Below are positions 37,201 to 49,000 of a stretch of DNA of 63,048 nt, in pieces (the first letter of the stretch is position 1; each line of letters opens with the position of its first letter). The notes under the pieces were generated by a model. The model worked only from the letters and a program-made list of their open reading frames with translations. It did no database searches and had not been told where the DNA came from. This stretch comes from Catajapyx aquilonaris (lineage: Eukaryota): the NCBI GenBank assembly GCA_000934665.2, contig JYFJ02002105.1:1-63048 (forward strand), given 5' to 3'. A program made the translations under genes and the position numbers.

Positions 37201-38313
37201 TATCGCAAGTTTGTCCCTCAAAAAAAAGGAGGAGAAAAAAAATAATGAAAAAAGGGACGGAAATCCGGACTTTGGTCCTTTTCTGCTCGATTTCACTCCG
37301 GGTATAAGAAAGCCTTGAATACGGGATTGGTTCCGGAGAAGCCCATCCCGCGACTTGCCTTTGAATGGCTCGGACTCTCCTCAATCTGTGCAGCCTCTAT
37401 CCTTCATTAGATTAGTAAAAATAGTTGGATTTGGCTGGGTAAATATTGGATCCGGGGAGAGGGGGGATTATATGGCTGATTTCAAGTAGGATTCCTGATC
37501 CATCAGCAGCTGCATACAAGCCGAACCTTTTGGAGGCTCGTCATGAGGAAAATTGCACACTAGTTCGGCGCAAAGGATCTATTCACTTGCCCGCCTGCCC
37601 ATAAACGTTTATATATTTACCTAGTCCGTGGTGACATTTCACGCTCGGCTCCACGCCAATTGGGGGATTCGGATCCATTTTGGAGCGAGAGGCGCACGTG
37701 CATGTGCTTTGCTGGGTCCCCGGAACATGATGCATTAAAACACACTGTGGGACTCGGTTGATCTCGTTCCCCTCACACACACACTGCTGAAGCACCAGCA
37801 CTCACTCATGCTCTAGTTGGTTTGTGCTGTCAGGAACCTCTGACGCGAATGGAAAATATCTGACGTCACTTGGGGAAACACATTCAATCAAAATGATACC
37901 AGGTGCATCAAGATGAAGTCTCTGATTTTGTATTGTATTCTTAATCAAACATTCTAGTAATTTGCATACAACCGGGCTTTATGGGTTGGAATATATACGC
38001 TCTATCTCCCGATGGTATCCCTCAATGTAGTAGAACACTCTTAAATTCGCTATAGTTTACGCCTGCTCCCAGTAGGGCGCAGAGTTGTTCCAAAAAATGC
38101 GCTGGCATAATCTCACCCCACCTGGAACAATCTCACCCCAATTGACAGGTATTGGAAAACTATCGGCCTATTGTGATCGCACATTTATAACAGTAAAGAC
38201 AGTAACTTATTATTACACCACTCTAATTCAGAGTTGATTTTGTTGCAGGAAAGCACCTAGAGGAACCATTGTTGCAGAAGCTACTTGGCGATGTAGCTGA
38301 CAAATCTAGCTGA
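10606..38313 (+). CDS. ZNG1: Zinc-regulated GTPase metalloprotein activator 1 (ZNG1/CBWD, COG0523 family), 13 coding exons, 366 aa
   Basis: join(10606-10798,10877-10973,12490-12581,14789-14848,20447-20484,24408-24454,25231-25317,25679-25723,26785-26841,28509-28566,28647-28778,37011-37140,38249-38313) = 1101 nt, open and all GT-AG. Motifs: Walker [20 protein letters not shown], Walker B LETTG, NKTD, CobW_C domain (LLWEK, FRLKG, QGVNEIY, RLILIG). Confidence 0.95.
10877..10973 (+). CDS. ZNG1: ZNG1/CBWD coding exon 2 (CxCC motif)
   Basis: [33 protein letters not shown]; bounded by GTGCAG and GTGAGA. Confidence 0.95.
11396..11680. mobile_element. Degenerate MITE-like inverted repeat in intron
   Basis: TGAACCTTTTTGGATAT (~11427) pairs with ATATCCAAAAAGGTTCA (~11633), with flanking GATTCACA/TGTGAATC. 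Confidence 0.5.
12118..12171. repeat. (AATAATAAG)n microsatellite
   Basis: Compound AAT/AAG repeat. Confidence 0.85.
12212..12442 (+). mobile_element. tRNA-derived SINE with perfect 15-bp target-site duplication
   Basis: A box TGGCGTGGTGG, B box GGTTCGAATCC and body GGCCACAGCCGCTTCCTTCC. TSD TGTACATTCTTATAT at 12197-12211 and 12443-12457. Confidence 0.9.
12490..12581 (+). CDS. ZNG1: ZNG1/CBWD coding exon 3
   Basis: [30 protein letters not shown]; bounded by TTTCAG and GTTCGG. Confidence 0.95.
13670..14167 (+). mobile_element. Internally deleted, decayed mariner transposase remnant
   Basis: N-terminal part [48 protein letters not shown]-terminal part [15 protein letters not shown]...[19 protein letters not shown]. 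Contains stops and frameshifts. Confidence 0.8.
14789..14848 (+). CDS. ZNG1: ZNG1/CBWD coding exon 4
   Basis: [20 protein letters not shown]; bounded by TTTCAG and GTAAGT. Confidence 0.95.
15580..15730. repeat. 150-bp palindrome (MITE-like hairpin)
   Basis: 75-bp arms around GGAACCAGT-T-ACTGGTTCC with about 7 mismatches, mostly at CpG positions. Confidence 0.85.
17168..17982 (+). mobile_element. Decayed hAT transposon 3' fragment (dimerisation domain plus right end)
   Basis: [23 protein letters not shown]..., [22 protein letters not shown] match the hAT C-terminal dimerisation domain. The end GGTATGCTACTG resembles a decayed CAGTGGCGTA-type TIR. Confidence 0.8.
18212..18646. mobile_element. 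Tc1/mariner-type MITE (435 bp)
   Basis: Perfect 29-bp TIR CAGGGTGTTCATGAAAAACACCGACAAAC with TA on both flanks. Confidence 0.9.
18960..19883. mobile_element. Tc1/mariner-family fold-back element made of two transposon 5' ends
   Basis: TIR CAGGGTTGGGCAAAATGTATGGCCTGATTTGAATCACGTGGTAC inserted in a (TA)n run. Inverted homology extends ~300 bp, and both arms encode a transposase-like N-terminal HTH (VETYFK...RRIFLSHF...RWVKQF and MEIYFKN...RRIFLHHF...RGVKQF). Confidence 0.85.
20447..20484 (+). CDS. ZNG1: ZNG1/CBWD coding exon 5
   Basis: [13 protein letters not shown]; bounded by TTTCAG and GTAAGC. Confidence 0.9.
24408..24454 (+). CDS. ZNG1: ZNG1/CBWD coding exon 6
   Basis: [16 protein letters not shown]; bounded by TTTTCAG and GTAAAG. 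Confidence 0.9.
25231..25317 (+). CDS. ZNG1: ZNG1/CBWD coding exon 7 (NKxD)
   Basis: [29 protein letters not shown]; bounded by TTTTCAG and GTCAGC. Confidence 0.95.
25679..25723 (+). CDS. ZNG1: ZNG1/CBWD coding exon 8
   Basis: [15 protein letters not shown]; bounded by TTGCAG and GTAAGG. Confidence 0.9.
26785..26841 (+). CDS. ZNG1: ZNG1/CBWD coding exon 9
   Basis: [19 protein letters not shown]; bounded by TTCCAG and GTACAG. Confidence 0.9.
28509..28566 (+). CDS. ZNG1: ZNG1/CBWD coding exon 10
   Basis: [19 protein letters not shown]; bounded by TTTTCAG and GTACAG, phases compatible. Confidence 0.85.
28647..28778 (+). CDS. ZNG1: ZNG1/CBWD coding exon 11
   Basis: [44 protein letters not shown]; bounded by TTTCAG and GTAAAT. 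Confidence 0.95.
34177..34239. repeat. (AAT)n microsatellite
   Basis: About 21 pure TAA units. Confidence 0.95.
34301..34378. repeat. AT-rich palindrome
   Basis: 30-bp arms TTCAAGACAAAATTCAACAAAACAATGGAT / ATCCATTGTTTTGTTGAATTTTGCCTTGAA with one mismatch and a 5-nt loop. Confidence 0.8.
36794..36862. repeat. Perfect GC-rich hairpin, 31-bp stem and 7-nt loop
   Basis: ACCAGCGCCGAAGCGGAAACCCCCTTCCCTA-CGGTTGA-TAGGGAAGGGGGTTTCCGCTTCGGCGCTGGT. Confidence 0.9.
37011..37140 (+). CDS. ZNG1: ZNG1/CBWD coding exon 12
   Basis: [43 protein letters not shown]; bounded by TTTCAG and GTAAGA. Confidence 0.95.
38249..38313 (+). CDS. ZNG1: ZNG1/CBWD terminal coding exon 13
   Basis: [21 protein letters not shown]; acceptor TTGCAG, phase matches exon 12. 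Confidence 0.85.
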
Positions 38314-38339
38314 TTTTTTATTATTATATATTTTTTTGC

Positions 38340-38345
38340 AATAAA
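38340..38345 (+). terminator. Candidate ZNG1 polyadenylation signal
   Basis: AATAAA 26 nt after the stop codon, preceded by a T-rich tract. Confidence 0.55.
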
Positions 38346-39943
38346 AACTGGTGCACTCTTTCATCGCTTGTTTTTAAAAAAAACTGGAACACCCCCTCCA
38401 GTGTGGTTTTAATCATTGGGGCAACGGCCAAAAATGAGGTTGGCGAAGAGTGTACCCACCCTCGGGGAGCTTTGGATGGTTCGAGGGCATCTTTCGCTGC
38501 ACAACACGTTCCGGTTAGCAAAATTATATTGCAACAACGCCTGCAATTTTGGCCTACTCCCCTTGTGATTTTCCACCGATCCTCCCTCCCCTCTGGTCTA
38601 AAAAATACAGGGTGTATGTACAGTGTGCATGGGCGATTCTTGTGCGGCGTCTGAGTGTGGCCTCCTCCACTTGATGACAATCGCGCCTCCATTCCCAGTG
38701 TGTTTCACAAAAGCCTCCACCGACTTAATTAAACCCCCATGTCACAAAGGCGCCCTGGGGGGCTCCTAATATCGCAAGAGTTGGGGGGGGGNACTTGATT
38801 ACGTTGACACTTTTTTTTTCGGAGTGACGGATTAAATCATTGCTGGCTCACATTGCTGCGGGGCGCAATGTCTTTGGGCGCATTGTTGGCTCCGCTTGGT
38901 CGGGCTAACGTGTTTGCAACTTTGCCATTGCAACCACTCCTGCAGAATGTATACGTATTGCAACTTGGATATATACCGGGCGTGTGGTGCGGAAAACTTT
39001 TGCGAAGAAAATCCACTGGAACATTAATTTTGGTTGCAAGAAAAGTGGCGAAGTATTGAAACTTGTTAATGTGTATGAGTACCAACACTTGGAGACACTA
39101 GCTGGATGGCAGACCCCGGAGTTAATGATGCATTTCCAACCATTCTCTAATATTGAAAATATGTAGTTTTTTAAAAAAGGTTTGTACTAAGCGAAAAATT
39201 CCTACATGGATGTGCAAAAGAAAATATATTAACTTGTTTACAGGGAACATAGTTGCAGTCATTAATTGCCAAATTACGGTTCTTCATAAGACAAACCAAA
39301 TAAGATATCGAAAAATTACCCGCGCATGACTGTTTTAAAATTAATGTCCTTGGTGCATGACATACGGGTATATTCCTAAATCGTAAATGCAGTGGTATAA
39401 CATAACGAACCACACACCCAGTCTGCATTGTGATTTTTAGCTTCATTTGTTGCCTAAAATGATTAACAAGATATGTGTGGTAACAATTTAAAACTCAATC
39501 AAAGTGTATTGCGATTCCAGCATGGATAAGACTCACTTGGAAAGTATGAAATTTCTTCCTTGCTCCAGAGTTTGACAATACATGTGCACATAGCTATATA
39601 GTTTAATTATTTTCGCCAAGCACCAGTACAATTTAATTCTCCATCCCAGCTTCAAAGGCAAGCTTTTCGAATAAGAGTACGTGAGGACCAATATAATTAT
39701 ATTATCCTATCCACAGTGAATAAACCAGTTTATGTTGGACACTTACCGTTCCAATACTATGTCCAACGCAGGGAGGTGTCCAACGTATTATAACTTATAC
39801 AGGGTCTTCCCGAAGTCGTCTACGAAAATGACACGGGTGGGAGGGGATGCGTATGGTAAAGGCATGGCATGGATCTGAAAGGCCGTTGATGCTACGTCTA
39901 AGAGATGTCTACTTTTGACATGGGCGATGTATATCCTGACAAG

Positions 39944-40067
39944 TATGGATACTTCCGTGCATGCTTGCATTGCTGGTTGCTGGAGTCAGGCGGTTGAGCA
40001 ATGGTTTGAGAGTGCGAGCGCCTGACTCTGGCAACCAGCAATGCAGGCATGCACAGGGGTATTCATA
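39944..40067. repeat. Imperfect inverted repeat (~49-bp arms)
   Basis: TATGGATACTTCCGTGCATGCTTGCATTGCTGGTTGCTGGAGTCAGGCG pairs with CGCCTGACTCTGGCAACCAGCAATGCAGGCATGCACAGGGGTATTCATA across a 26-nt spacer. Confidence 0.8.
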
Positions 40068-43000
40068 TTTCTGGTTCTAGGTTACTGTGGTAAGTTGGAG
40101 TACGGTACTCTACACTTTGCCGCATGTAATGAAAGAACTTCATTTACTTTGATCATGTCATTTACGAAAGATCATATTAATGATCATCATGACAAATCCT
40201 CATTTTCAGATCCATTAGCTAACTAGATTTCTAAATAATATCCCCGGAGCTTTGTATAATAGATACCTGTACTTTATGCTTTATAGTATAGTATGTATTC
40301 GGTTTTAATTGTCTATATGCATACTTTTTTTTCTTTGCCCTCTGCCCTTTCCGAGCCTCTATTATGAGACAAATATTGGCCAGATGTCCATTTCCAATTT
40401 GTTGGGTTTTCCAACAACATTGTTTACATATTGAAAAGGGTGCTGGTAGTTTTGTGCTGCCGGCTTCACTATACGTTTAGTTGATCATATCCCTACTGTG
40501 TGCCTGTCTCTGATCCTTTTCCTCTGCCGGTTTTCCCGAAGCGCCGAAGAAGAGGGGCTTTTGTCAGGAAAAGAGACAAAAGGCAAAAGCAAGGGAGCCG
40601 CTCGACAAAAGATCATCGGGGGGAAATATTTGTCAGAAATGTCCGGAGCCTTTAATATGCATCCCCTGAAAATCCTGCCGGAGTTAAAACAATTGTTTGC
40701 CCGGAGCCAGAGTCGTCCCGGGCTCAGATATTGCACGGCATCTAGGGTATTACAATAGGGGCCTATAACAGCTGTAGCTTCAGAAACGTCTCGACTAAAC
40801 ATTATTGAAATGCTGAGCTGTGCTGTTTCTCCGGCAGGATTATTGTTTCCGGTGCTGATTACTACCCTGGCAAAAACTGGGACCCATTGTGTGTGCCGTA
40901 GCTATTACTTGCCTCCAGTATATACACACACACATTATTGCGATGAAAGATGGCGTCTGAAGAGCAAGGGGGTGCCTTCCCTCGTTCGGGCCGTTTGCTT
41001 GTCACTCAGACTCAACTCGAGTGGAGCCCAAGCAACCCATTCTGCTTTGTAGCCATAACCCCCTCAGCTATATTTGGACTCGGGATCAAACTCTTTAGCC
41101 CATTTGTTTCCATTCTGCCACGCCATGTAGCGCTTTATCAGATTTTATAATGACGTATTGGGCAAGCCCTGAATTGAATGGTTGAAAAATTAAGTGAGAA
41201 CACCGGAACATGGCCGTGCTGGTCTCCACGAATCTGGATAGAGAAAATAAAACGCCCATGACCCTGCTGCAGAAGCGATATTGCGGAGTTAAAATTCATG
41301 GCTTGAACAGGAATGCAGGCAGGTCCCGCTTATAAGACGGGGGGGTTGTGCCAGCCTGCAAGTAAACATTTGGCTCCATAGCAATATGGGCCTATAAAAG
41401 CCGTGGAGGGAATGGAATGCCAACACGGGCTCAATATATGAGCTCGCCCCGAGTCCTGAAAGATTCTGCAGCAAGGGCACAGCATCCACCACCTCTCATT
41501 TATAGAGAGAGGGGGGGCCATATCCAGAGTGGGTTGTCAACAGCCCTCCCCTTGTCCCCTCTCCAAAAAGCTGGTGAGAATGGGCCAAGCTGTCCGAGTG
41601 TGTCTCCAGAGACCCGCAGGTGTCCGGATTCCCCTGGTACGAATCCCAAGCCCTGCATAATATAATGCACCACGTGCGATGCCGCCCTTCCTTTTCCGTC
41701 CACGGAGTTGCCTCGGTACAAAATTACTTAAACTATAATTCTGGGAAACTGCTAGAGGGGGGAAGGGGAAAATTTAACAGGAAAAATTAAATAACAGAAA
41801 AAGGGATGGTTGTGTGTATCTTCCGGCAGAGTGGAGTTGCTTCTAGTGCTGTGTTAGCAACTGTCTTTAGCCATCCGGAAACACACGCAGTGCTCCTTGT
41901 CTGCTGAGCACTGGGCGTGAAGGTACCAGGGCAGGGACTGATTCTTTCGCGTGTCGTTTTTCACACCCTGCTGTGTAGTCTACAGCCTGCTGGTGTGTGT
42001 GTGTGCCGGAATTAATCCGCTCATTCCCTAGCGTCGCATAGCCATCTCACATGTACACAGGCTGGTTCATAACACTTTCACATACTGATAGGGTGAACTA
42101 TAGGATCATTTTAGGTATAGAGAAGTCATTTGGGCTTCAGCTTCAACAATGATATAATTCATATATTAATGATGTAAGCAACAGCCCCCTTTTTTATTGT
42201 CAAACCTGTTTTGTTGACGCCATCATGTCAGCACCCATCCGCGCATATCGTGCTGCTGTATACAGACGGACAATTACTTAAACTGTAATATGTGGACATG
42301 TTAGAGGGGGGGTAGGGAAACCTGGTGCCACATTTTCTGCTTTCCAGGAGAGCGGGCCAGTGTCTGAATCGTCGTCTGTGTTTCCCAGCATCCGTCCCCG
42401 AGTCCGCCGCTCTCTTTGTGCCGTCTTTAGCCATCCGTAAATTGGTGGAGTGTGGCTGGGGGAAGGGGTGCAGGGGAGGGTACAGGGTGAGTCAAGACCA
42501 TCCAGTCGCAATTGGTTCGAAACGCATTAAAATATGAAATATCTGTGAGAGATGTTAAACAAACAAGTAGCCTAACATATACATGTAACTTGTATAGGTG
42601 GCCGCATGTGGAGCGCACCTTGTTGTGTCTCGCCAGTGTATATCTACTGAGTAGGCAGTACCTGTCCTTTTTTTTGAATCACCCTGTAGAAGCAAGCAAG
42701 CAAGCAATGGTGAGCAGGCTGAAGCAAAAGCTCCCGGGTTTCCATCCAAGCCAACCAACCAGACGCAAAACCATCCATCCATCGCTGCTTCCCGGAGTGA
42801 AAAATCAGCCGGCGGGAGAACCGACGTTACCATGGCGGTACATCAATGTTGACATAACTTAATTGAAGCGAGTGGAGTCGGAAGCGAATGGGAGTTTAAT
42901 ACAGCATTTTATTGCCGCATTCCTTTCCGCCCGGATGCTGCGTGGCTGGAGAGATCTAGCCCCCTGATGCTGCCTGGGCTCGGCGACAACATGGCGTTCG

Positions 43001-46000
43001 TGATATATTATTGAGGTGCGCTGGCACACAAAAGGATCCCCAGCCTCTCATCCCCCCCCCCNCCTCTTCAAAAACGGCGGCCGCACGAATGAGCCCAAAT
43101 ATTTTCCCTGTTGTCGTAATGAGGCGTTATTGCACTGCCTCAAAACTCGGGGAAGGGTTCCCCCCCACGGACAAAAGAATGATGGCTGTTGGCTGACGAC
43201 CAATAAAAGCAGAAAGGGGAGAGATGGAGGTATATAAATAATGATCAAAAAAACATAACATGCGGTCGCCTTCGGCGTGAAAATTTTAGTACAGCAGGGT
43301 GAGAATAAGACATATCTGAAAGGAGTCATTAATATTCATATATAGAGTGACACTGATCTACTAATCACTCCAGTAGCACATACGGGATTTACCGATGGGA
43401 ATGCGCATGTGCATCTGGAGTGAATAATCCATCGCCATGCACCAAAATTCCAGTATATAGTTGAGCTCAAAATGTTTACAGCAGTGTTTGCGCACTGCTT
43501 TTTAACATACAAATCCTTCGCGGATATACATAAATCTGTGTTGTCCTATTAAGTCGCGCGGCTGCATAACGTTCGTCTTATTCGGCTCAGTCGGAAAACC
43601 TCAGCGTAGAAGTGTCGCCTTTGTGAAAAAAAAGTCCTAAATCCCTCCAGACCCGAGCCATAAATCCGCCCTATTATAATGAATTATGACGTGGGTTTTT
43701 GGTGACAAGTGCGAAAAAGCCCGGATCCGCATTCCTATAAGGACACACCATTTGTCAAAGAAAAAAATTTGTGGGACACCATTATGATGATCCAATAACT
43801 CTTTACCCAATTTTCTCTCTCTTTTCGACTAGCTGTTTTTTTTAATGCATTTTTCCGACTGGGTGTTGGGTGGATAGCTGTTTTACCCCTCCGTAGGGCC
43901 TCAACACCCTTGGCTAAATATTTGCACAGAGTGACAAACTTCTCAGAGAACATGGGCAGCTGTTGCGCCGCTCTGGAATTGTAATTATGCTGGCCAAATC
44001 AATAGAAAGGACGGGGATTGGGACAGTTGGGCCCGTCGTTCACACCAGGTTATATACAGCTTTTATATATACAGGCACCTTTTTTGCACTCTCAATTAGC
44101 AGTGCGCAACTGACGGATTTAGCTAAATTAGACTGGCAAAGTATCCATTGGTATGGAGCAGTGCTGGAATTACTCGAAAAAACACGGCGGTTCCTCCAAA
44201 CAATGTCCCAATTTGGGGATGATGGCCGGTATAAGTTTAAGGCAACCTCCGGCGTTCATAATGAAGGCTTGATGAACACTGCTCAAGGGGGGCATAATTC
44301 GATAACCATAATTGCATGGGGGTAGGCCAAGGAGAATGAGCCTTGCTTGGCTGCTGTGTACAGGATACTGGGAGTGGGTGGAGTGGGTGGGGATCAGCAG
44401 AAGTTCATTGATCACACCTCCTTTTTTTATATACTATCGGGAAAAGAGGTTTCTTCCCTTGTGCTTTTGTCGGCGAGGCACAAAACTCGTGGCCTCTTAC
44501 ATCTTGTTTTGGCCGTCAATCTCAATTCCCCAGTGTCAGTCTGTATCTCCACCGGCTGCCTATAGGCTCACCTTCTACAAGCCCTCTTCAATTTGCAAAA
44601 CTTCGGGCCATTTCAATCACTTATCCACATGATGCGTTTCTGATGGACGATAATCGAGTTCTTCCTTTCAAATCGCTCTAACGAAATAATACTATAGGCG
44701 CTACTGATGAACGGTAATTGCTTTTGAAGTTCGCCTGACTCGAGAGCCGAGCCCGGGTAATCCAATCGTGGGGAGAGCTTGGGCCTCCAGATCGGGCGGA
44801 GAAGGACGAGGATTTGCCCCCTTCTCAAACTTGTCAATACCTTTTCCGCACTAGTTGACACACAGCGAGGATGCACCGACTGAGAAGAGTCCATCTGCCT
44901 TTATTTCCAACACTGCATGGCAGCCATGTTGCTTCCCCTGGGCGTGCCGCGCATGCGCAAAAAAATGGTATCGGGAGCACAGTCCTTCCTTGCTGGGGTC
45001 AACTTCAATCTAACTATTAATTTTTCATATCATAAGTAAATAATGTCAACAAGTGATCAGACGTAGCAAGGGTTGACATCAGAGGTGAATTATTAAAAAT
45101 AGATTCAACCAATGGTCCCGCTTCTTTTTGCCTCGAACTTATTTGCCCATGAAATGTGCAATAAAGCACAAAACGCTGTCAACAAATCCGGACCTTATGG
45201 ACACTAAAAATCAATTACCAAGCATCATTGTTCGCGCAAACGAGCTGCAAAATGTTTCAAATTCTCCTGCACAAATGCATTTTATAAATCCGGACAGGGG
45301 ATGGATCCACAATCCCCCAAAAATAGCTTTCAGTTCTGGGAAGCACCACTGGAAAAATACTGGCCATAACGGTGATAAGTCACATCAAGGAGAGCTGTGT
45401 GTGTGCTGGCCACAAATAAACACAAACGACGCTCGTAATTTGGTGCCCTGGATTAGGACCGGAATGCTTGCCTCTGGGTGGCCACCAGGGTTACATCCAC
45501 GTCACTTCCGGCATCTCAACAATCCAATCTAAACCCTATGTATTGCATCCCCCACAAAATGTTTTGGACAAACTTATATCATGACGATATACTGGTGACG
45601 ATATAAAATCAAATTTTTTTTTGTAACTTCCACCTTGATAGAGTGCTGACGGTTTTGTATTATATGCCCAGCAGCTGTTACCCTCATTTTCTAAACCTCT
45701 CCTCTAAACCATCCGGAAGCGAGTGCTACATTGCACAGAATCCGGTTTCAAAACTATGTGTCGTCTGCAAAGTGAGAAATTTCGGCCTTTTTCCAAGAAC
45801 TGACTGCCGCAGTTGGCTTGGTTTTAACGGTGGACAAAACTCCAGGGGAGGTCCTCGGCCTTTTCAGAGACCTTTTTGGCCATTTAGCATTCCCTGTCTG
45901 GCCCCCAAAGATCCTTCTTGCTTCCACTCTATCACGTCCCATGTCCCCTGTTTCCCTTATCCTCCAGAAAATATTGTGAGGATTATCTCAAAGCAGATGC

Positions 46001-49000
46001 AGGATTTTGGTTTTTGCTGCGTGTGGTCCATCCTTCAGGGTTTTGGGGCCGAAAGCGGAGTCATTTACTGGAATTATTCGTATAGTGAACATTCCTGCCA
46101 TTTTATCTAGATTGCACCCCAAAAAATATTATAATAACTGTTACATCACGCCTGCTGGTGTACTATTCACGTTAGTAATACACGAATTCTGGGGAGTTTC
46201 AAAGCAATATTTGCAACTCCGCATTACCAGTGAAATAACGCAGTTGCACAACTACGGATAATTTGTAAATGTTTGTGGCGCAAGTTAATTTGCATGATTA
46301 AATGTGGCTAATAATTCGATCGATCATGATCTGACGGCTATAGTTTAGTAATCAACATACCGTGTCGTTACATGTCAGCTTCCATGGGACATGACGTACA
46401 AAATACATATAGTTACATATACGTTAGAAGCTTATTAGTGTAGATGCTGTGCACAGGAGAGACGCAGCTGTTGTCGATAGCAAGCAGGCGAGACGTTTCT
46501 TTCCAACATAAACAAATCAGTTGGGCTGCGAGACGTTTTGAATGATGGAGCTGGATCCAAGGAAAGGGGGGGAAGATGGCCCCTCCTTTTTCCGCTTCTT
46601 CTCACACAGCTACACAGTTCACGACACCTGATCTACGGTCCTGGTTCAAGAGGAGGTGAACCCCAAGTTGGAGTCAAGCAGTCTGGGGAGCTCCCTCGCC
46701 AGAACTAAACGGGGAGAATCAACCCCTCACACCACTCACAAGATATCAAAAACAGCTGCCCAAAGCTCCCTTTCCCAAACTAAATATTGTTGAAGCCGAT
46801 TTTGAAAGTTTGGAGAGTGATTATTCGAGGGAAGAGAGCGGGGCGAAAATATTGCGTGCTAAAGTCAGTGGGAATCCTTTTGAACCGGATTGACTGATGA
46901 CACTCCTGGGTGTAAGTCAGTGCAGGATAAACAACAGGATGCTAAAAAAAAGATGAGTCTGTTCCAGGCCAACCTAACTGTGGCGGATTTTTTTTACGAA
47001 CGCAACCGAGAGCGCACCACAGTTCGCGCAGCTGGCACGGTTGGCATTATCAATGACACCTCTTTGTACAATGGGTGTACTCAAGCGCTACACTTATTTC
47101 CAACGCTATATGCTTGGGGAGAAATAATATGGCCGACGTTTGCGACATTGCTACGTGAGTGTTGGTGCGCACTCGGTTGTGTTCGTAAAATAAATTCATT
47201 GTAGAATAGCACTTGCTATCTGTCCCTGTCCCATCGTGTAAACAACCAATCACATATTTTTCTGGAGAACAAACTTATGAGCTAGTAAACATGTCGTATT
47301 TGGATGTCTGTGACGAATCGACAAAAAAAATATGGGCGTCCCGCAGTCTGCTTGGCTGGGAATAAATGGTCGGACAGGACGTGACCCGCGAACAAGCCTG
47401 GCAGATGCGTGCAAACCCATGACGGCCGGAGAAACCCATTTGGAATTTGGGTAAACTAAGAAGGGTTTATACGCCGGGCCTTCTTCTCTCTCTCTCTCTT
47501 TTTTTTGCAGCCCTTTTTGGTTTATGTTGGCATGATTTCGGCGTCTCTTTTTAAGCCGATTCGTAGAGATTGCAATTGGAGCAGGTTCGTATCCGTATGG
47601 CGCGTATGGTTGGCACCAGCTTCCAAAATGCGGTTTCAAACACTTGAGTTGATAGCATCCGGAGAGACCACACGAGGGTTACAAAGCTACTGTCAGCTCC
47701 AATCGCGGCATAACTCGGCTCAGTTATCTGGAGCACGGTTGTGTTGCCAATTTCGCGCCTTGTTTGTTTGCGTTTGATTCCCAAGCGGGCGCCGCATAAA
47801 AGTCTGGCCCTTTGGCAACAACCTGAAGTGCTTTTCTTTCACGTGGAGCCGACAAGCGCACAAATCTTGGGACAAGTGGATCCATCATCAACCACTGCGG
47901 GGGCTTAAGACCCAAGCCCTTTGAGGACGGACAGCAAGCCAGGCGACTACAACCAGAGAGCTAGAGAGAGAAAAAACGGAGCTAGAGGGGGGTAAAAAAC
48001 GAGGTTGTGAAAAAGTTCTCACATGAGCCGTCAACGCCTGTGTCGTTTTACGAGCAAATATTTCCTCTGGGAGCCAAACAGCAGGCGAAGGAAAAGGAAG
48101 AGAGTCTGAGGGACGAACTAAACATTCGCTGGTCTCGATAACTTTTGCATATGGCGGGCCTCCACTTTGTAACCCAACCGCGCTATTTATATGGGGACGG
48201 GCCCCTCGATGCGCAGATGTGCCAGTTGTTTTCATTGCGTCGTATCGCAAATAAATCATCGCTTTGTTGAAACTAAGGTTTTTGGCGAAAACCGACACCT
48301 GATGACTCGTATACTTGCCACACGTTTTGTCGGACCGGATTATAACAGAAGAGCTGGGCGACAAAATGTGTCAGGTGTGGGCTTTATTTTCATTGGACCA
48401 CCGCGGGTATGATGAAAACTTGTGGCACGGTTCGGTGTTCGGTCCTGGATTTATGTTGCGGAGGATAAACATTGTACCATGCGTTGATAAGCAATCTGCG
48501 TGTGGTCTCGCCCGATAGCGGTGAGTTACGGCGTTAATTCCGCATGTACCATACGACATGTAGCTGCTTGTAAAATTTACCACGGCTTAATACTTCTCTA
48601 AGCCGTACATGTGTACACCGTTTTTATCGGCACGAACCGATTGCCGAAATGTGCTGAAAGTGAAAATTTTTGTTCCTAATTGAAAAGGCACAAACTTCAG
48701 ATAGTAAGTGGCAATGCAGTATATATAGAAACCAGCGCACTAGTATAGTGTACGTAAAATTCATCATCGGATGTTTTTATCCGACAGCAATATTATCATT
48801 ACAATGATGATGAGTTGTCGTATTTCTTTGGCAAAGTCTACTACACTTGAAGGCTGCATTGCAACCAACAAGCACCAGATGTATGGTTGAAAGGACAAGG
48901 ACATTATAGGCGAGAAAGAAGGGCCCTTCACTTGTGACGCCACCTGTTGGCTCATTACGGCATAATTTGCATGCATACGAGCCCTGGGATATTAAACATT

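Noticed and set aside
37583..37801. Minus-strand peptide HHVPGTQQ resembling a stretch of human CBWD1
   Set aside because: Wrong strand and position; the equivalent region is already encoded by exon 10, so it is coincidental.
38783..43063. Single N bases at 38792 and 43062
   Set aside because: Ambiguous calls at G/C homopolymers, not biological features.
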